NCBI GenBank assembly: GCA_963666275.2
Contig: CAXXOA010000001.1
Coordinates: forward strand, 1,664,001 to 1,728,000
DNA: 64,000 bases
Direction: 5' to 3'
Source: Oceanispirochaeta sp.
GTDB taxonomy: Bacteria > Spirochaetota > Spirochaetia > DSM-2461
Shown: piece by piece, positions 1 to 9,915 of the stretch
Layout: each line of letters starts with the position of its first letter
How positions within the stretch are numbered: position 1 is the stretch's first letter
The notes under the pieces: model-generated
Told to the model about the DNA's origin: nothing
The model's database searches: none
The model's input: only the letters and a program-made list of their open reading frames with translations
Program-made: the position numbers and the translations under genes

Positions 1-474
1 CCGGGCCTCCATGGTACAGACTCCGAAGGACTGCCAGATACCGCCGTCCAGCTCAGTTCTTGAATAGAGTCCCGGCAGCAGCAGGGGCTGATCTTCGGGA
101 AGAGCTATGCGGTATTTGATCTTTTCCTTCCCCTCATGGCGCCACTCCCAGAAATGGGAAAATACAGCCGCACAGCGTCCCCTTTCTATCCGGGGCCTGT
201 AGAGCTTTTTCTGCTCCGCCTCTTCCAGGCGGACATTGGCGGCCCATATTTTGCGGGTTTTCAGCTGATCCATGGTTTTGAACCAGGGGGGAGTGAATAG
301 CCAGTGGAGGGGCTGGAGCTTTGTCGGGGCCTCCATGGTAAGAACCGGAAAGATAGGGGAGGCCATGGCGGAGATCTGATCATACAGAGGGAACTCATAG
401 ACACCCGGATCCAGATCCATGATCTGTGTTATTGTCTCTACGGTTCCTTTTTTGATTCCCGAGTAGTAGCACAT
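1..474 (-). CDS. SOS response-associated peptidase (SRAP/YedK-HMCES family), runs off window start
   Basis: Not in ORF track; my translation of the minus strand from ATG 474 begins MCYYSGIKK and includes ANVRLEE...RCAAVFSHFWEWRH. N-terminal Met-Cys and the F-W-E-W motif are SRAP hallmarks; GGGAGG RBS upstream; follows umuDC. Confidence 0.85.
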   Translation of the reverse strand, partial: MCYYSGIKKGTVETITQIMDLDPGVYEFPLYDQISAMASPIFPVLTMEAPTKLQPLHWLFTPPWFKTMDQLKTRKIWAANVRLEEAEQKKLYRPRIERGRCAAVFSHFWEWRHEGKEKIKYRIALPEDQPLLLPGLYSRTELDGGIWQSFGVCTMEAR

Positions 475-500
475 GGCATTCCTCCCTTCTTCTAATCAGT

Positions 501-1793
501 TCACAAACTTCGTTTGCTGCTCGCCCATGCAACCGGGGGCTGGTCGGAAGCAAGCTTCCTGCTCGCCCATGCTACCGGGGCTTCCTTGAGGCGGGTGGTG
601 TAGCAGGGGGAGAGGTGTTCCCGGCGCATTCCCCAGTCCGCCGTGGCTTCGCAGGCTGCCAGATGGACAGTGCGGCGGCCGAATTTCCGGTTCAGCCGGT
701 CCACCGTATCCATTATAAGCTTTTCCCGGGGGTCTCTGCTGAAAAAAAGGTCCCCCTGGGATCCGGCGGCCGGCTCTATGCCGAAAAGGAGAACCGTGGT
801 CCGCCAGTAGGCCAGTCCCGGTTCGTAGAGCCGGGTGAGGAGCTCCGAAGCGGTTTTGACAATATGGGGCAGATAGTCTGTGGGGGATACCTTCCGGGAG
901 GCGCTCCTCAGGCCGTCTCCCCGGAACATGGAGGATTCCAGCGTCACGCTCACAAGGCTTGTGGTGCACTCCTGGCCCCGGAGCTTCTCTACCGCCAGTT
1001 CGGTATAGCTGGAGACCGCCTCTTTCAGAAGGGAGAGCTCTCTGACGGGATTGCCGAACTGCCGGGCGCTTATAATTCCCTTGCGGGGATCCGGCGCCAG
1101 TTTCATTTCGTTCATGGGCACTCCCGCCAGTTCTCTCTGGAGCCGCCATCCCACAATGGTCATCCTTTTGCGGATCTCCCATTCGGGAATCCTTACAAAG
1201 TCTTCGGCCGTTTCGATGCCCCGGCTTTTAAGCTGCTCCGCAAAGGCCCGTCCCACCCCCCATATATTGTCCACAGGGGTCTCTCTGCGGGCCCTGGCGA
1301 TCTTTTCCGGCGTATCGAGGATAAGGATGCCTCCGCTGTTTTTGGCCAGCCTCTGGGCCACCTTGGCCAGGGCCTTGGTGGGGCCTGCTCCCATAGATGT
1401 GGGAATAAAGGTCTGCTTCTGTATCCGCTCCCGGATCAGGGCTCCGTACTCCTCCAGATTTCCGATCCCCTTCAGGTCGATAAAGGCCTCGTCTATGGAG
1501 TAGACCTCCACATGGGGAGAGAACTCCCTGAGGGTTTCCATCACCCGCAGGGAGATATCCTGATAGAGGGAGTAGTTGGAGCTGAAGTAGGCTATGCAGT
1601 GCTCTCTGATAACAGGCATGGCCTCGCTGAGCCGCTGCCCCCGCTTCAGCCCCAGGGCCTTGGCTTCGGAGCTCAGGGCGATGAGCCAGTGGTCGTTGTT
1701 GGAGAGCACCACAATGGGAACATCCTTCAGATCGGGCCGGAAGATCCTCTCGCAGGAGGCATAGAAGCTTTTGCAGTCCACCAGGCCGATCAT
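501..1793 (-). CDS. umuC: Y-family DNA polymerase V catalytic subunit UmuC-like
   Basis: LVDCKSFYASCE, VVLSNND, YSIDEAF motifs; C-terminal WGMRREHLSPCYTTR (DUF4113-like). Confidence 0.95.
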   Translation of the reverse strand: MIGLVDCKSFYASCERIFRPDLKDVPIVVLSNNDHWLIALSSEAKALGLKRGQRLSEAMPVIREHCIAYFSSNYSLYQDISLRVMETLREFSPHVEVYSIDEAFIDLKGIGNLEEYGALIRERIQKQTFIPTSMGAGPTKALAKVAQRLAKNSGGILILDTPEKIARARRETPVDNIWGVGRAFAEQLKSRGIETAEDFVRIPEWEIRKRMTIVGWRLQRELAGVPMNEMKLAPDPRKGIISARQFGNPVRELSLLKEAVSSYTELAVEKLRGQECTTSLVSVTLESSMFRGDGLRSASRKVSPTDYLPHIVKTASELLTRLYEPGLAYWRTTVLLFGIEPAAGSQGDLFFSRDPREKLIMDTVDRLNRKFGRRTVHLAACEATADWGMRREHLSPCYTTRLKEAPVAWASRKLASDQPPVAWASSKRSL

Positions 1794-2161
1794 GAGGGAA
1801 GCATCCTCAAAAGCCGGGTGACCACGCCGAAGATCCGGACATCTTCCTCCCTTTCGGGGAAAAACCGCTCGCCTCCCGATGAGACAACCATCTCTCCCCG
1901 GAACATTTCAAGCCTGCCCAGACAGAATTCGCCCTCAAGCACCGCCACAACCAGCTTTCCCGCCGAAGGATGGCAGGAGCTGTCTATGATAAGGTAGTCT
2001 CCCTCTTTTATGCCCTCATCGGCAAATCCGCTGCCCTGAAGGGTGAACACATACATGGCATGGGGCTTGGGAAAAAGGATGCCCGTCCAGTCTGTTTCAT
2101 CGTCTATATACGCCTCGGCGGGGGAGCCGAATCCGGTGGCGCGTACCATGGTCTTTTTCAT
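1790..2161 (-). CDS. umuD: UmuD-like S24-fold subunit, apparently catalytically degenerate
   Basis: TGFGSPAEAY, GDYLIID, GEF, IFGVVT align with UmuD; 4-bp overlap with umuC. Confidence 0.85.
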   Translation of the reverse strand: MKKTMVRATGFGSPAEAYIDDETDWTGILFPKPHAMYVFTLQGSGFADEGIKEGDYLIIDSSCHPSAGKLVVAVLEGEFCLGRLEMFRGEMVVSSGGERFFPEREEDVRIFGVVTRLLRMLPS

Positions 2162-2168
2162 ACCTTTT

Positions 2169-2198
2169 ATTATACTACTACACAGATGTATAGTTCAA
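2169..2198 (-). promoter_or_regulatory. sigma70-like promoter of umuDC with a palindromic operator candidate
   Basis: Minus strand TTGAAC-N18-TATAAT, then 7 nt, then ATG; imperfect palindrome ACTACACAGATGTATAGT (2177-2194) lies mainly in the spacer. Confidence 0.55.
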
Positions 2199-2265
2199 TA
2201 GAAAATTGGGTTTTCCTCCCAATCAGACGGCGGGAGTATTATACTTGATAGGACAGGAGGTTTAT

Positions 2266-3057
2266 ATGGACTTTAAAGGAAAGACCATCCTTATTACAGG
2301 GGGGGCCGGTGATATAGGCCTGGCTGTGGCCGGGAGATTCGCTAAAGCCGGAGCTGTGATCCTTCTGACGGATGTACAGAAGAAGAAACTCCAGGGGGCT
2401 GCAGAAACTCTTGCGGAAAACACGGGAGCCCAGGTGGAGACCTTTACAGCCGATGTGTCCGATCCCGGGTCTGTGAAAAAGATGGTGGCCTCTATAGAGA
2501 AAAAGGGCTTTAATATCGACATGCTCTTTAATAATGCGGGGTACCAGGGGGACTTCAAACCCACCCACCTCTACGATCCCGAGGATTTTCAGAAGGTCAT
2601 CAATATCAACCTGGCGGGAGCCTTCAATGTGCTGCGCTATGTGTCGGAGCATATGGTGGCCAACCGCTTCGGGGCTATTGTGAATACGGCCAGCATGGCC
2701 GGCGTGGAAGGGCCTCCCAATATGATTGCCTACGGAGCCAGCAAGTTCGGCGTGGTGGGGATCACCCAGTCGGCTTCCAAGGATCTGGCTCCCTACGGCA
2801 TCCGGGTCAACTCGATCTCACCGGCCTTTATGGGCCCCGGTTTTATGTGGGACCGGCAGGTGGAACTCCAGGCCAAAGCGGGAACCCAGTACTTTTCGGA
2901 AAACCCCGAAGAGGTGGCAAAACAGATGATAGGCTCAGTCCCCATGCGGCGCTACGGCAGCATTGAGGAGATTCCCGGGACAGTCATGTACCTGATGAGC
3001 GAAGATGCCAGCTACGTGACGGGAGTGAACATCTATATTTCCGGGGGGATCCGCTAG
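2266..3057 (+). CDS. SDR oxidoreductase, xylitol dehydrogenase-like
   Basis: TGGAGDIG, NNAG, YGASK motifs; FNNAGYQG, GPPNM and GPGFMWDRQVELQAK match my recollection of Gluconobacter xylitol dehydrogenase; AGGAGG RBS before ATG 2266. Confidence 0.85.
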   Translation: MDFKGKTILITGGAGDIGLAVAGRFAKAGAVILLTDVQKKKLQGAAETLAENTGAQVETFTADVSDPGSVKKMVASIEKKGFNIDMLFNNAGYQGDFKPTHLYDPEDFQKVININLAGAFNVLRYVSEHMVANRFGAIVNTASMAGVEGPPNMIAYGASKFGVVGITQSASKDLAPYGIRVNSISPAFMGPGFMWDRQVELQAKAGTQYFSENPEEVAKQMIGSVPMRRYGSIEEIPGTVMYLMSEDASYVTGVNIYISGGIR

Positions 3058-3172
3058 GAAATCCTAATGTCCTGTTGTTTCCCTCCTCCGGGAACGATCC
3101 GGAAGAGGGGAGGACAAACAGATTCTCCGCTGTTTCTTTCCTGGCAGAGCCGGGAAGGGGAAATGGGGGAAA

Positions 3173-5062
3173 TCAGGCTATCTGATTCTCTTCTTCAAAG
3201 CTGTCCGGCCCGGAGGAACTGTCATCCCCTATGATATCAGAGGTTGTATAGAGGGATACTGTCTCATCAATAGACAGGGCTGAGTCTCCGATAAGAGAGG
3301 AATTCTCTGCAACCTTTGAGAGGGTTGTATTGATTTCACTAATCTGAGTCTGTATGTCTCTGATATTGGCAGATACCACACCGGATGTATTTTTCAGATG
3401 ATTCACAAGCTGTCCCTGTTCTTCTCCGGCAATGAGTATGTGTCCTGTGTTCTCCTTGATAACCTGGGAGACATCGGTGAGAGATCCCATGGCTGAGAGG
3501 ATCTGGCTGCCTCCTGATTTCAGTTCATTCATCGTCTGGGTTATTTCCGCCAGGGATTCACTGAACAGGTCTATTTCGCTGCTGATTTTCTTAAACACGG
3601 AAGAGGCTGTCTCACTGGAATCGGAGGCTTCGGAAATTCCTGAAATAACCTGCTTCAGGGTGTCCGAGATCATCCGGGAGTTTTCTGAAGAGGCCTCCGC
3701 CAGCTTTCTGATCTCATCGGCTACAACAGAAAATCCTTTGCCCGCTTCGCCCGCATGGGCGGCTTCGATGGCGGCATTCATGGCCAGGAGATTGGTTTGA
3801 TCGGCAATGGCATTGATAATATCCGCAATACCCGAGATCATATCGATATGGTTGTTGATCCTGGCGATGGACTGGGAGTTGGCATCCATCTTCTCTTCAC
3901 CCGAAACTGTCATATCCACCAGCTCTTTCATGACAGAAGTTTTTTTGTGGGTAATAGAGTTTACATTATCGATGGAGGCAATCATTTCCGTTACAGAGGC
4001 GGTGGATTCCTCCACCATAGCCTGCTGTTCGATCACCTGATCGTTCAGGGCGTTAACAGAGACATTCATCTGTTCCATGGACACTGTGGAGGTCCTTATG
4101 GAGTCGTCCAGGTCATTTATATTGTCGGCAATATTCAGAGACTGTTCCTGAATGGTATGAGTATTGGTCTCAGCTTCCCGGACATGTGAGTCCAGATCTT
4201 TCTGTACTGAGATATTCTCACGGGATATCTTTTTAAGATTATTCAGAGACTCTGTCAGGTGGACCTGAAACCTGTTCAGGTTTTTCCCCAGAAAGGAGAG
4301 TTCATCCTTGCCTTTTTCATCAAAGACAGTGGTAAGATCTCCGTTTTTCAGAAAATCCACATTTTTATCTATCCCCCCGATCCGTCCGGTCAGACTCAGG
4401 GACTGACGCATACTGATGATAAAAAACAGGACAATGAGAAGAAATGCCACCAGAAAAAGGACACCTTCTCCTATACGGTTCATTCTGGTGATTTCCTGAT
4501 CGATGATGTCAATGTTATCGTCGACTGTTTCCAGATAGGCATTCAGAGCTTCTCCGCTGTAATTGATCTGATTAATCATATTGAAAATATTGAAGCGGAT
4601 AGTCAGCATCTCAATCTCTTTGGATTCATAGGATAGCTCCAGGAGATCCAGTATGCCTGCGCTTTCGTCGGCGCTCCCCTTAAAAAGGGTTTCCACGGCT
4701 TTATCAATGGAAGAGTAGTAGTTATTCCTTATGGTTTTCAGATCCTGCATGGAATCTATGGAATCAACCACTTCTCTGGAAAAGGTTGTAAGATATTTAA
4801 AATTCAGCAGATCGTCAAAGTACTGATCCGATGCCTTTCTTATTTCCTTAAACTTCTTATAACTGGGGGGGAAATCTCCAATTACAATTTTTTCCATGGC
4901 TACCTGCTCTTCCAGAAGGCTTTCATAGAAATGGGCCAGCTTTTCCTGTTCCTGTGAAATATTGTTTGTATAGTTGGAATAGAGGATAAAGCCAAGACCA
5001 ATAAAAAGCAGGGAGAGTCCCTGCAGCAGATTAACCAATTGAATTCTGTGCTTGATTTTCAT
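3173..5062 (-). CDS. Methyl-accepting chemotaxis protein (2 TM, HAMP, signalling domain)
   Basis: [38 protein letters not shown]. Confidence 0.95.
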   Translation of the reverse strand: MKIKHRIQLVNLLQGLSLLFIGLGFILYSNYTNNISQEQEKLAHFYESLLEEQVAMEKIVIGDFPPSYKKFKEIRKASDQYFDDLLNFKYLTTFSREVVDSIDSMQDLKTIRNNYYSSIDKAVETLFKGSADESAGILDLLELSYESKEIEMLTIRFNIFNMINQINYSGEALNAYLETVDDNIDIIDQEITRMNRIGEGVLFLVAFLLIVLFFIISMRQSLSLTGRIGGIDKNVDFLKNGDLTTVFDEKGKDELSFLGKNLNRFQVHLTESLNNLKKISRENISVQKDLDSHVREAETNTHTIQEQSLNIADNINDLDDSIRTSTVSMEQMNVSVNALNDQVIEQQAMVEESTASVTEMIASIDNVNSITHKKTSVMKELVDMTVSGEEKMDANSQSIARINNHIDMISGIADIINAIADQTNLLAMNAAIEAAHAGEAGKGFSVVADEIRKLAEASSENSRMISDTLKQVISGISEASDSSETASSVFKKISSEIDLFSESLAEITQTMNELKSGGSQILSAMGSLTDVSQVIKENTGHILIAGEEQGQLVNHLKNTSGVVSANIRDIQTQISEINTTLSKVAENSSLIGDSALSIDETVSLYTTSDIIGDDSSSGPDSFEEENQIA

Positions 5063-5184
5063 GATTTTTCCTATTTCTCTTAGTGGGTAAATATTTATTT
5101 TATAAGCTAGTATTTTTACACAACTCGCAGAAGGTTTAAATGCTGTTTGTTCACTTTTTTTCTTTTTTATTTATAAATGAACAA

Positions 5185-5639
5185 ATTGAATAAATAATAC
5201 CAATCAGAACCCCCGGCGGCTGAGCGGAGCCTACCAGATTGAATAAATAACACTAATGAGAATACCCGGCGGCTGAGCGGAACCAACCAGATTTATTAAA
5301 TAACACTAATGAGAACCCCCGGCGGCTGAGCGGAGCCGAAGCCCAATTGTTTAGATGAAGAACCCAACCTTTACACCATAAGACTCTTAATATTCTCGTT
5401 CTAAAGAAAACATATATTTGTTCTGTTAAACACCCGGCTTCGGCTCCGCTCAGCCACCGCTGGTTCTGGGAAGTATTATTTGACTGGAGTGGATTATTTG
5501 CTCCGCTCAGCCACCGTTGTTTCTGGGAGAATTATTTCAATGGAATAGATTATTGGCTCCGCTCAGCCACCGCTGGTTCTGGGAAGTATTAGTTCTTTGG
5601 GGTAGATTATTGGCTCCGCTCAGTCGCCACTGGTTCTGG
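5185..5639. repeat. REP-like composite element A: 3 direct 53-bp units, ~90-bp conserved spacer, 4 inverted 56-57-bp units
   Basis: Core GGCTGAGCGGA at 5218, 5271, 5324; reverse core CTCCGCTCAG at 5444, 5501, 5557, 5614. Confidence 0.9.
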
Positions 5640-5855
5640 TGACTATTGGACTCAAAAGAATCATAAGATTTTCAAACTGGTTCTTAGGTCTCTTCAGAAG
5701 ATTTCTGGACTACGATTGCTGCCAGGAAATCCTTTATAATCGGAAAATTCATTCCGGCGGAAAAAAATATGATTCTGTCTTAACTTGGGCGCAGCACCTG
5801 ACCGTTTTACAAGTTCCGGAAGGGGGAATCCGTAGTAGAGCAGGAGAGCTCAAAA

Positions 5856-6716
5856 TTATGGGGATTCAATTGATGCGTTTCGGGCTAATCGAATACCAGG
5901 GCCTGCATCTATACCGAACTCAAACAATCCTGCACGATCATAAGGAGTGAAGAAAAACTGCTCAGATGTTCTGGCCGATCCTCCACGTGCAATACGATAT
6001 CTCTTTTCTTTTAATTTTAAATAATCTTCTAAAGAGGGACCTGTAGGATTAACTAGTAGAATTGACGGATTATTTGGATATTCTAATGATAAATCCCAAC
6101 ACCATTCATCAATGTTTCCACTCATATCATACAATCCAAGTTCATTGGCTTTTTTAGAGCCAACCGAATGCGTAGTATCATCAGAATTCCAATCAGTCCA
6201 AGCGACCTCATTAAGATCATTACTGCCTGAGTATTCATATCCTTTGGAAAGATTCCCGCCACGAGCAGCAAATTCCCACTCTGCATCTGTTGGCAATCGA
6301 TATCCATTTGCTTCTCTTATCCATTCAACATCTTCACCGTTAATCTTGTAGCATTCTTCTAGACCATATTTTCTACTGACCCAGTTTGCATATTCAATAG
6401 CTAATATCCATTTAACTCCAATAGGAGAATCAGGATATAGACTTTCTCTTCTCATATCATAATATTCTCCCTGCCATTTATAAGAAGTTCCTGTTTCTTT
6501 AAGAAATTGCTCCCATTGTTCGACTGTTGTTTCATACTTTGATATATAATAGCTGTCCAATTTTATTCTTACAGATTGAGTTGAAAATCCCTCCTTTCCT
6601 AAGGTAAACTCTCCACCCTCGACAAGAACCATATCTTGGTCGATAGTCAATTTCTCAGCAGAGCAGGCAGTTAAAAATGTAGCTAAAACTAAAGTAATAA
6701 CAAATCTAATTTTCAT
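5856..6716 (-). CDS. FGE-sulfatase (SUMF1/C-type lectin fold) lipoprotein; candidate immunity protein
   Basis: Lipobox FLTAC; YRLPTDAEWEFAARGG, ANELGLYDMSGNIDEWCWD, RGGS motifs; GGAG RBS before ATG 6716; AT-rich. Confidence 0.85.
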   Translation of the reverse strand: MKIRFVITLVLATFLTACSAEKLTIDQDMVLVEGGEFTLGKEGFSTQSVRIKLDSYYISKYETTVEQWEQFLKETGTSYKWQGEYYDMRRESLYPDSPIGVKWILAIEYANWVSRKYGLEECYKINGEDVEWIREANGYRLPTDAEWEFAARGGNLSKGYEYSGSNDLNEVAWTDWNSDDTTHSVGSKKANELGLYDMSGNIDEWCWDLSLEYPNNPSILLVNPTGPSLEDYLKLKEKRYRIARGGSARTSEQFFFTPYDRAGLFEFGIDAGPGIRLARNASIESP

Positions 6717-6727
6717 GCTATTCTCCA

Positions 6728-9700
6728 TTAGAAGTCCATCCATGATAAAGTCCTATAGCGGTATGAATTGATATCGCTCCATGACAATTGGTTCGGAAAT
6801 GGGTCAATTGGATCATAGCCATTTCGATACATATAATGGTGCTGTTCTCCTTTGTTCTTACCATATATACCAACATCAGCCATTGTATAGTCAGAATTCA
6901 AATAGCTTTCTAAACTGCTGAAATCTGATCCTTTCCCAAGGTATTGTGAAGAGTTAAATTCTGTTCCTAAAAGCTTCAGGTATGAATCATATTCTTTTAC
7001 GAGTCCATCATCTCTAATCAATCTATTATCATTTGCGGTCTTTAACGCATCCCCAATCATATCAAGACTAATAGAAGGATCTCTTAACTGATAAAGGTTC
7101 ACTGGAACGGTTGCATAGCAAAGTGCATTTGTACCGAAGCCAGCCTCCTTTTCTATCTCCATCTGAGAAAATAGATGTTCTGTTGCTGTTCCAGCTTCAA
7201 ATCTATTGGAAAAATCAGTTGTGGAAGAAAGCATATCAGAAAGATATTTTTCTCTATCAGTCGGTTTAGCTCCATATTGCTCAGCAACATTCATCATTCT
7301 CATCTGATCCAAGATTGAATCCATATTACCATCATTTCGCCACGCATCAACAAACATACGATCATAGTCCAAAGCTGCGCCCATTCTATCGGACCACTCG
7401 CCAGATAAGTTAATAGAGATATGGTCTCCTTCATCATCTAGAAAATGGCCATCTCTGAAAGTCTCTGCTGATCCTTGAGCTACTAGCATTTCATTATTTA
7501 GTCGTGATTTCTCTTCAGGTGATAATTCTAAGCCAAGGATTTTCTGAAGATGTTCAGTTCTACTTCCGCCAACGAAGTGCCCTATTTCATGCTCTTCACC
7601 GTTCTCATCATCATAGAAAACACCGCCACGACCATCATCGTTTAACGTTAATGAACCATCAGGGTTTTCTATCAACTTCCAATAATCCGCGGAAGAATCA
7701 TACCCCCCCAAAGCCTGATCAACCTCACTCCAGTCTCCAGTACTAACAGCCGTCAGATAGGCATTGGCTTCCTTCTGGTTGAAACCGTTTAAAGAGTTCA
7801 TTCCATATGTCTGGGCCAAGGTTGCTCCTATGCTCATATGGGCCAATGCGGCTTTCATGGTTTCTTCCTGCTGCCCGAACTCTCCCGAATCCACACCGTC
7901 CCGGAAGGCTTCATGGCTCATCAGTACGGCCAGATCCAGACTGCCTTTGCCGTCCATGTTCAAATCAATGATCCTTTTTCCATCGGAACCGACTGTAGTA
8001 TACCCATCATAATCCTGACCTTTTCCAGTTGTAAATGCGGCATCGCCGTTTATGATATCATCATACAGAGCGCTTGTCTCGTTCATTTCTGCGGAGTAGA
8101 GGGTGCGCATCCCCGCATAAAGTTGTCTGTCTACTCCGGACTGACGGATAGCTTTGTTCTGTTTAAAAACTTCCATACCGGCCATGGCCTTTTGCAGTGC
8201 TCCCACGCTGACATCGGTACCGCCAGTTCCCACATTCAACAGGCTTCTGTCTCCGCCCAGATTCAGTTCCAGCAGTCCCGATTGAACCAGGCCGTTTTTG
8301 CCCTCTATGCCGAACATTCCGAAGTTCATTACGTTCAATGTGGTTTCTCCGGTCATGCCGTATTGGATAGCAGAGGAGGTGAGACCACCGGCCAGGCCAG
8401 AGAGGGCGCTGAAATTGGCTTTTGTCTCATTGATATAACCGAAGGATGCCAGATCCATAGTGCTGGTGACTCCCGCACCGGCCATGCTGCTTATGTAGGA
8501 GGTGCTGGTATTGTCCCAGCTTGTCATGGTATTGAAAGTGTTCCAGTTGAAACTGTCTCCTTCGAAGGCCTGAATAGCGGCGGAGCTGTAGGTATTGGCT
8601 GCTGTGGAAGCACCAGCCAGGGCTGTATCGGTTACTACTTCACCGAATTGACCGGCAGCAGTATCACCGAATGTCAGTAGCTGAGAACTATCCAAGCCCG
8701 ATGAAGCAGCACCAATGCCATAACCGGCAGCTGATACTACCGCCTTCTTTCCGAAAGATCCCCAAGCCTGGCCCGCATCTGTCCCGTTTTGAACATCCAG
8801 AGCTGTAAAAAGGGCATCGTCCATCATACCTACCATAAGAGCCGCACCGGGGCCTAAAAAGGCGCTGGCTGTAATGCTAACGGCTATATCCGTCACACTT
8901 CTGATTGTGGGAGCCCCGATAAAACCGTCGGAACTGCCGTCGTTATCAGCATCATCATCCCAGAGTTTCTGGTTGTAGGTGGGAGTATTGACAGTCGCCA
9001 GGCCCCTGTAGAGACGGGCCTGCTGGATGCTGAAATCTTTGTAGATCCGGCCCATTTCTCCATAACCTTCGGTTTTCACTTTTTCTGGCTTATCCTCTCT
9101 CATCTCAGGGCCGTAGCCGACGTAATAGTTGAATAAGCCTATTGTCTTTGTATGTTTTCCTACATCTTGAACAACATCGTTTTCATCGGTATAGGATTTA
9201 TTGTATTGAGCTGATGCTTTAAAGGCATCTTCCTGGGCTTTCAGGTGGGCCAGAAACTCTTTATCCAGTCCTGTCCCGTTATCCGCTTCTTTGTCTTTCT
9301 GGGGGCCGAATATTATAGTTAGATAGCGGTTCATATTTTCACGAGCTTTATTCACACGGGCCTGAATCAGGACGCTGTTGAGCTTTTCCAAAGTATTGAT
9401 AGAAAGATCGACCCCGTGGTTAAAAGCCGGGGCGGTATAGTACTTATAGGCTTCTATTTTGTGATCCTCCATCTCAATACCGCCGAATACGGAAGAATCG
9501 ATTATAACTGACCTTTTATACTGTTTACCCTGTCGACTGTAACCGCCGGCATACAATGTACTGTCTACACTATCATCAACGCTTTCATTGGCGTTTTCAA
9601 TACTATCATCAACAGACTCTTCCGTTTCTTTCATCATATCAAGCATTTTGTACGCCTGGGCCAGAGCCAGGGACTTCTGCAATTCTTCCTTCAGATCCCG

Positions 9701-9889
9701 CTGTTGCTCTTCCAGGCCCAGTATCTGGCTGTCCGTTTCCGGCAGTGAGGGGAGAGCCGTGGCCAGAATGGCATTGTGATGACCCGTCCGGCTTGTTAAA
9801 GTCTTTATTGAATCCAGAAGGCTGTAAATGGTGGTCCCATCAAGTGCATCGGAAACAATATCGTGAACATCCCCGGGAGACGTCGTCAT
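6728..9889 (-). CDS. Large polymorphic-toxin-like protein, probably the 5'-truncated C-terminal part of a giant protein, with papain-like C-terminal domain
   Basis: 1053 aa; no signal peptide or RBS; Gly/Ala-rich hydrophobic middle; zincin-like SHEAFRDG...EE; DYWKL, then AT-rich tail with LCYAT...QHHYMY...IDPF (Cys-His-Asp order). Confidence 0.6.
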   Translation of the reverse strand: MTTSPGDVHDIVSDALDGTTIYSLLDSIKTLTSRTGHHNAILATALPSLPETDSQILGLEEQQRDLKEELQKSLALAQAYKMLDMMKETEESVDDSIENANESVDDSVDSTLYAGGYSRQGKQYKRSVIIDSSVFGGIEMEDHKIEAYKYYTAPAFNHGVDLSINTLEKLNSVLIQARVNKARENMNRYLTIIFGPQKDKEADNGTGLDKEFLAHLKAQEDAFKASAQYNKSYTDENDVVQDVGKHTKTIGLFNYYVGYGPEMREDKPEKVKTEGYGEMGRIYKDFSIQQARLYRGLATVNTPTYNQKLWDDDADNDGSSDGFIGAPTIRSVTDIAVSITASAFLGPGAALMVGMMDDALFTALDVQNGTDAGQAWGSFGKKAVVSAAGYGIGAASSGLDSSQLLTFGDTAAGQFGEVVTDTALAGASTAANTYSSAAIQAFEGDSFNWNTFNTMTSWDNTSTSYISSMAGAGVTSTMDLASFGYINETKANFSALSGLAGGLTSSAIQYGMTGETTLNVMNFGMFGIEGKNGLVQSGLLELNLGGDRSLLNVGTGGTDVSVGALQKAMAGMEVFKQNKAIRQSGVDRQLYAGMRTLYSAEMNETSALYDDIINGDAAFTTGKGQDYDGYTTVGSDGKRIIDLNMDGKGSLDLAVLMSHEAFRDGVDSGEFGQQEETMKAALAHMSIGATLAQTYGMNSLNGFNQKEANAYLTAVSTGDWSEVDQALGGYDSSADYWKLIENPDGSLTLNDDGRGGVFYDDENGEEHEIGHFVGGSRTEHLQKILGLELSPEEKSRLNNEMLVAQGSAETFRDGHFLDDEGDHISINLSGEWSDRMGAALDYDRMFVDAWRNDGNMDSILDQMRMMNVAEQYGAKPTDREKYLSDMLSSTTDFSNRFEAGTATEHLFSQMEIEKEAGFGTNALCYATVPVNLYQLRDPSISLDMIGDALKTANDNRLIRDDGLVKEYDSYLKLLGTEFNSSQYLGKGSDFSSLESYLNSDYTMADVGIYGKNKGEQHHYMYRNGYDPIDPFPNQLSWSDINSYRYRTLSWMDF

Positions 9890-9915
9890 ATCCGGAATTA
9901 GGGTGAAAAGAACAT

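Noticed and set aside
5362..5431. Integron attC site (ACCCAAC...GTTAAAC in the spacer)
   Set aside because: No internal palindrome, R boxes not conserved in the other spacer copies, and no integrase present.
5856..6716. Diversity-generating retroelement target (FGE/CLec fold, like Treponema TvpA)
   Set aside because: No reverse transcriptase, Avd or template repeat of the 3' end was seen in the window; a trans-acting DGR cannot be excluded.
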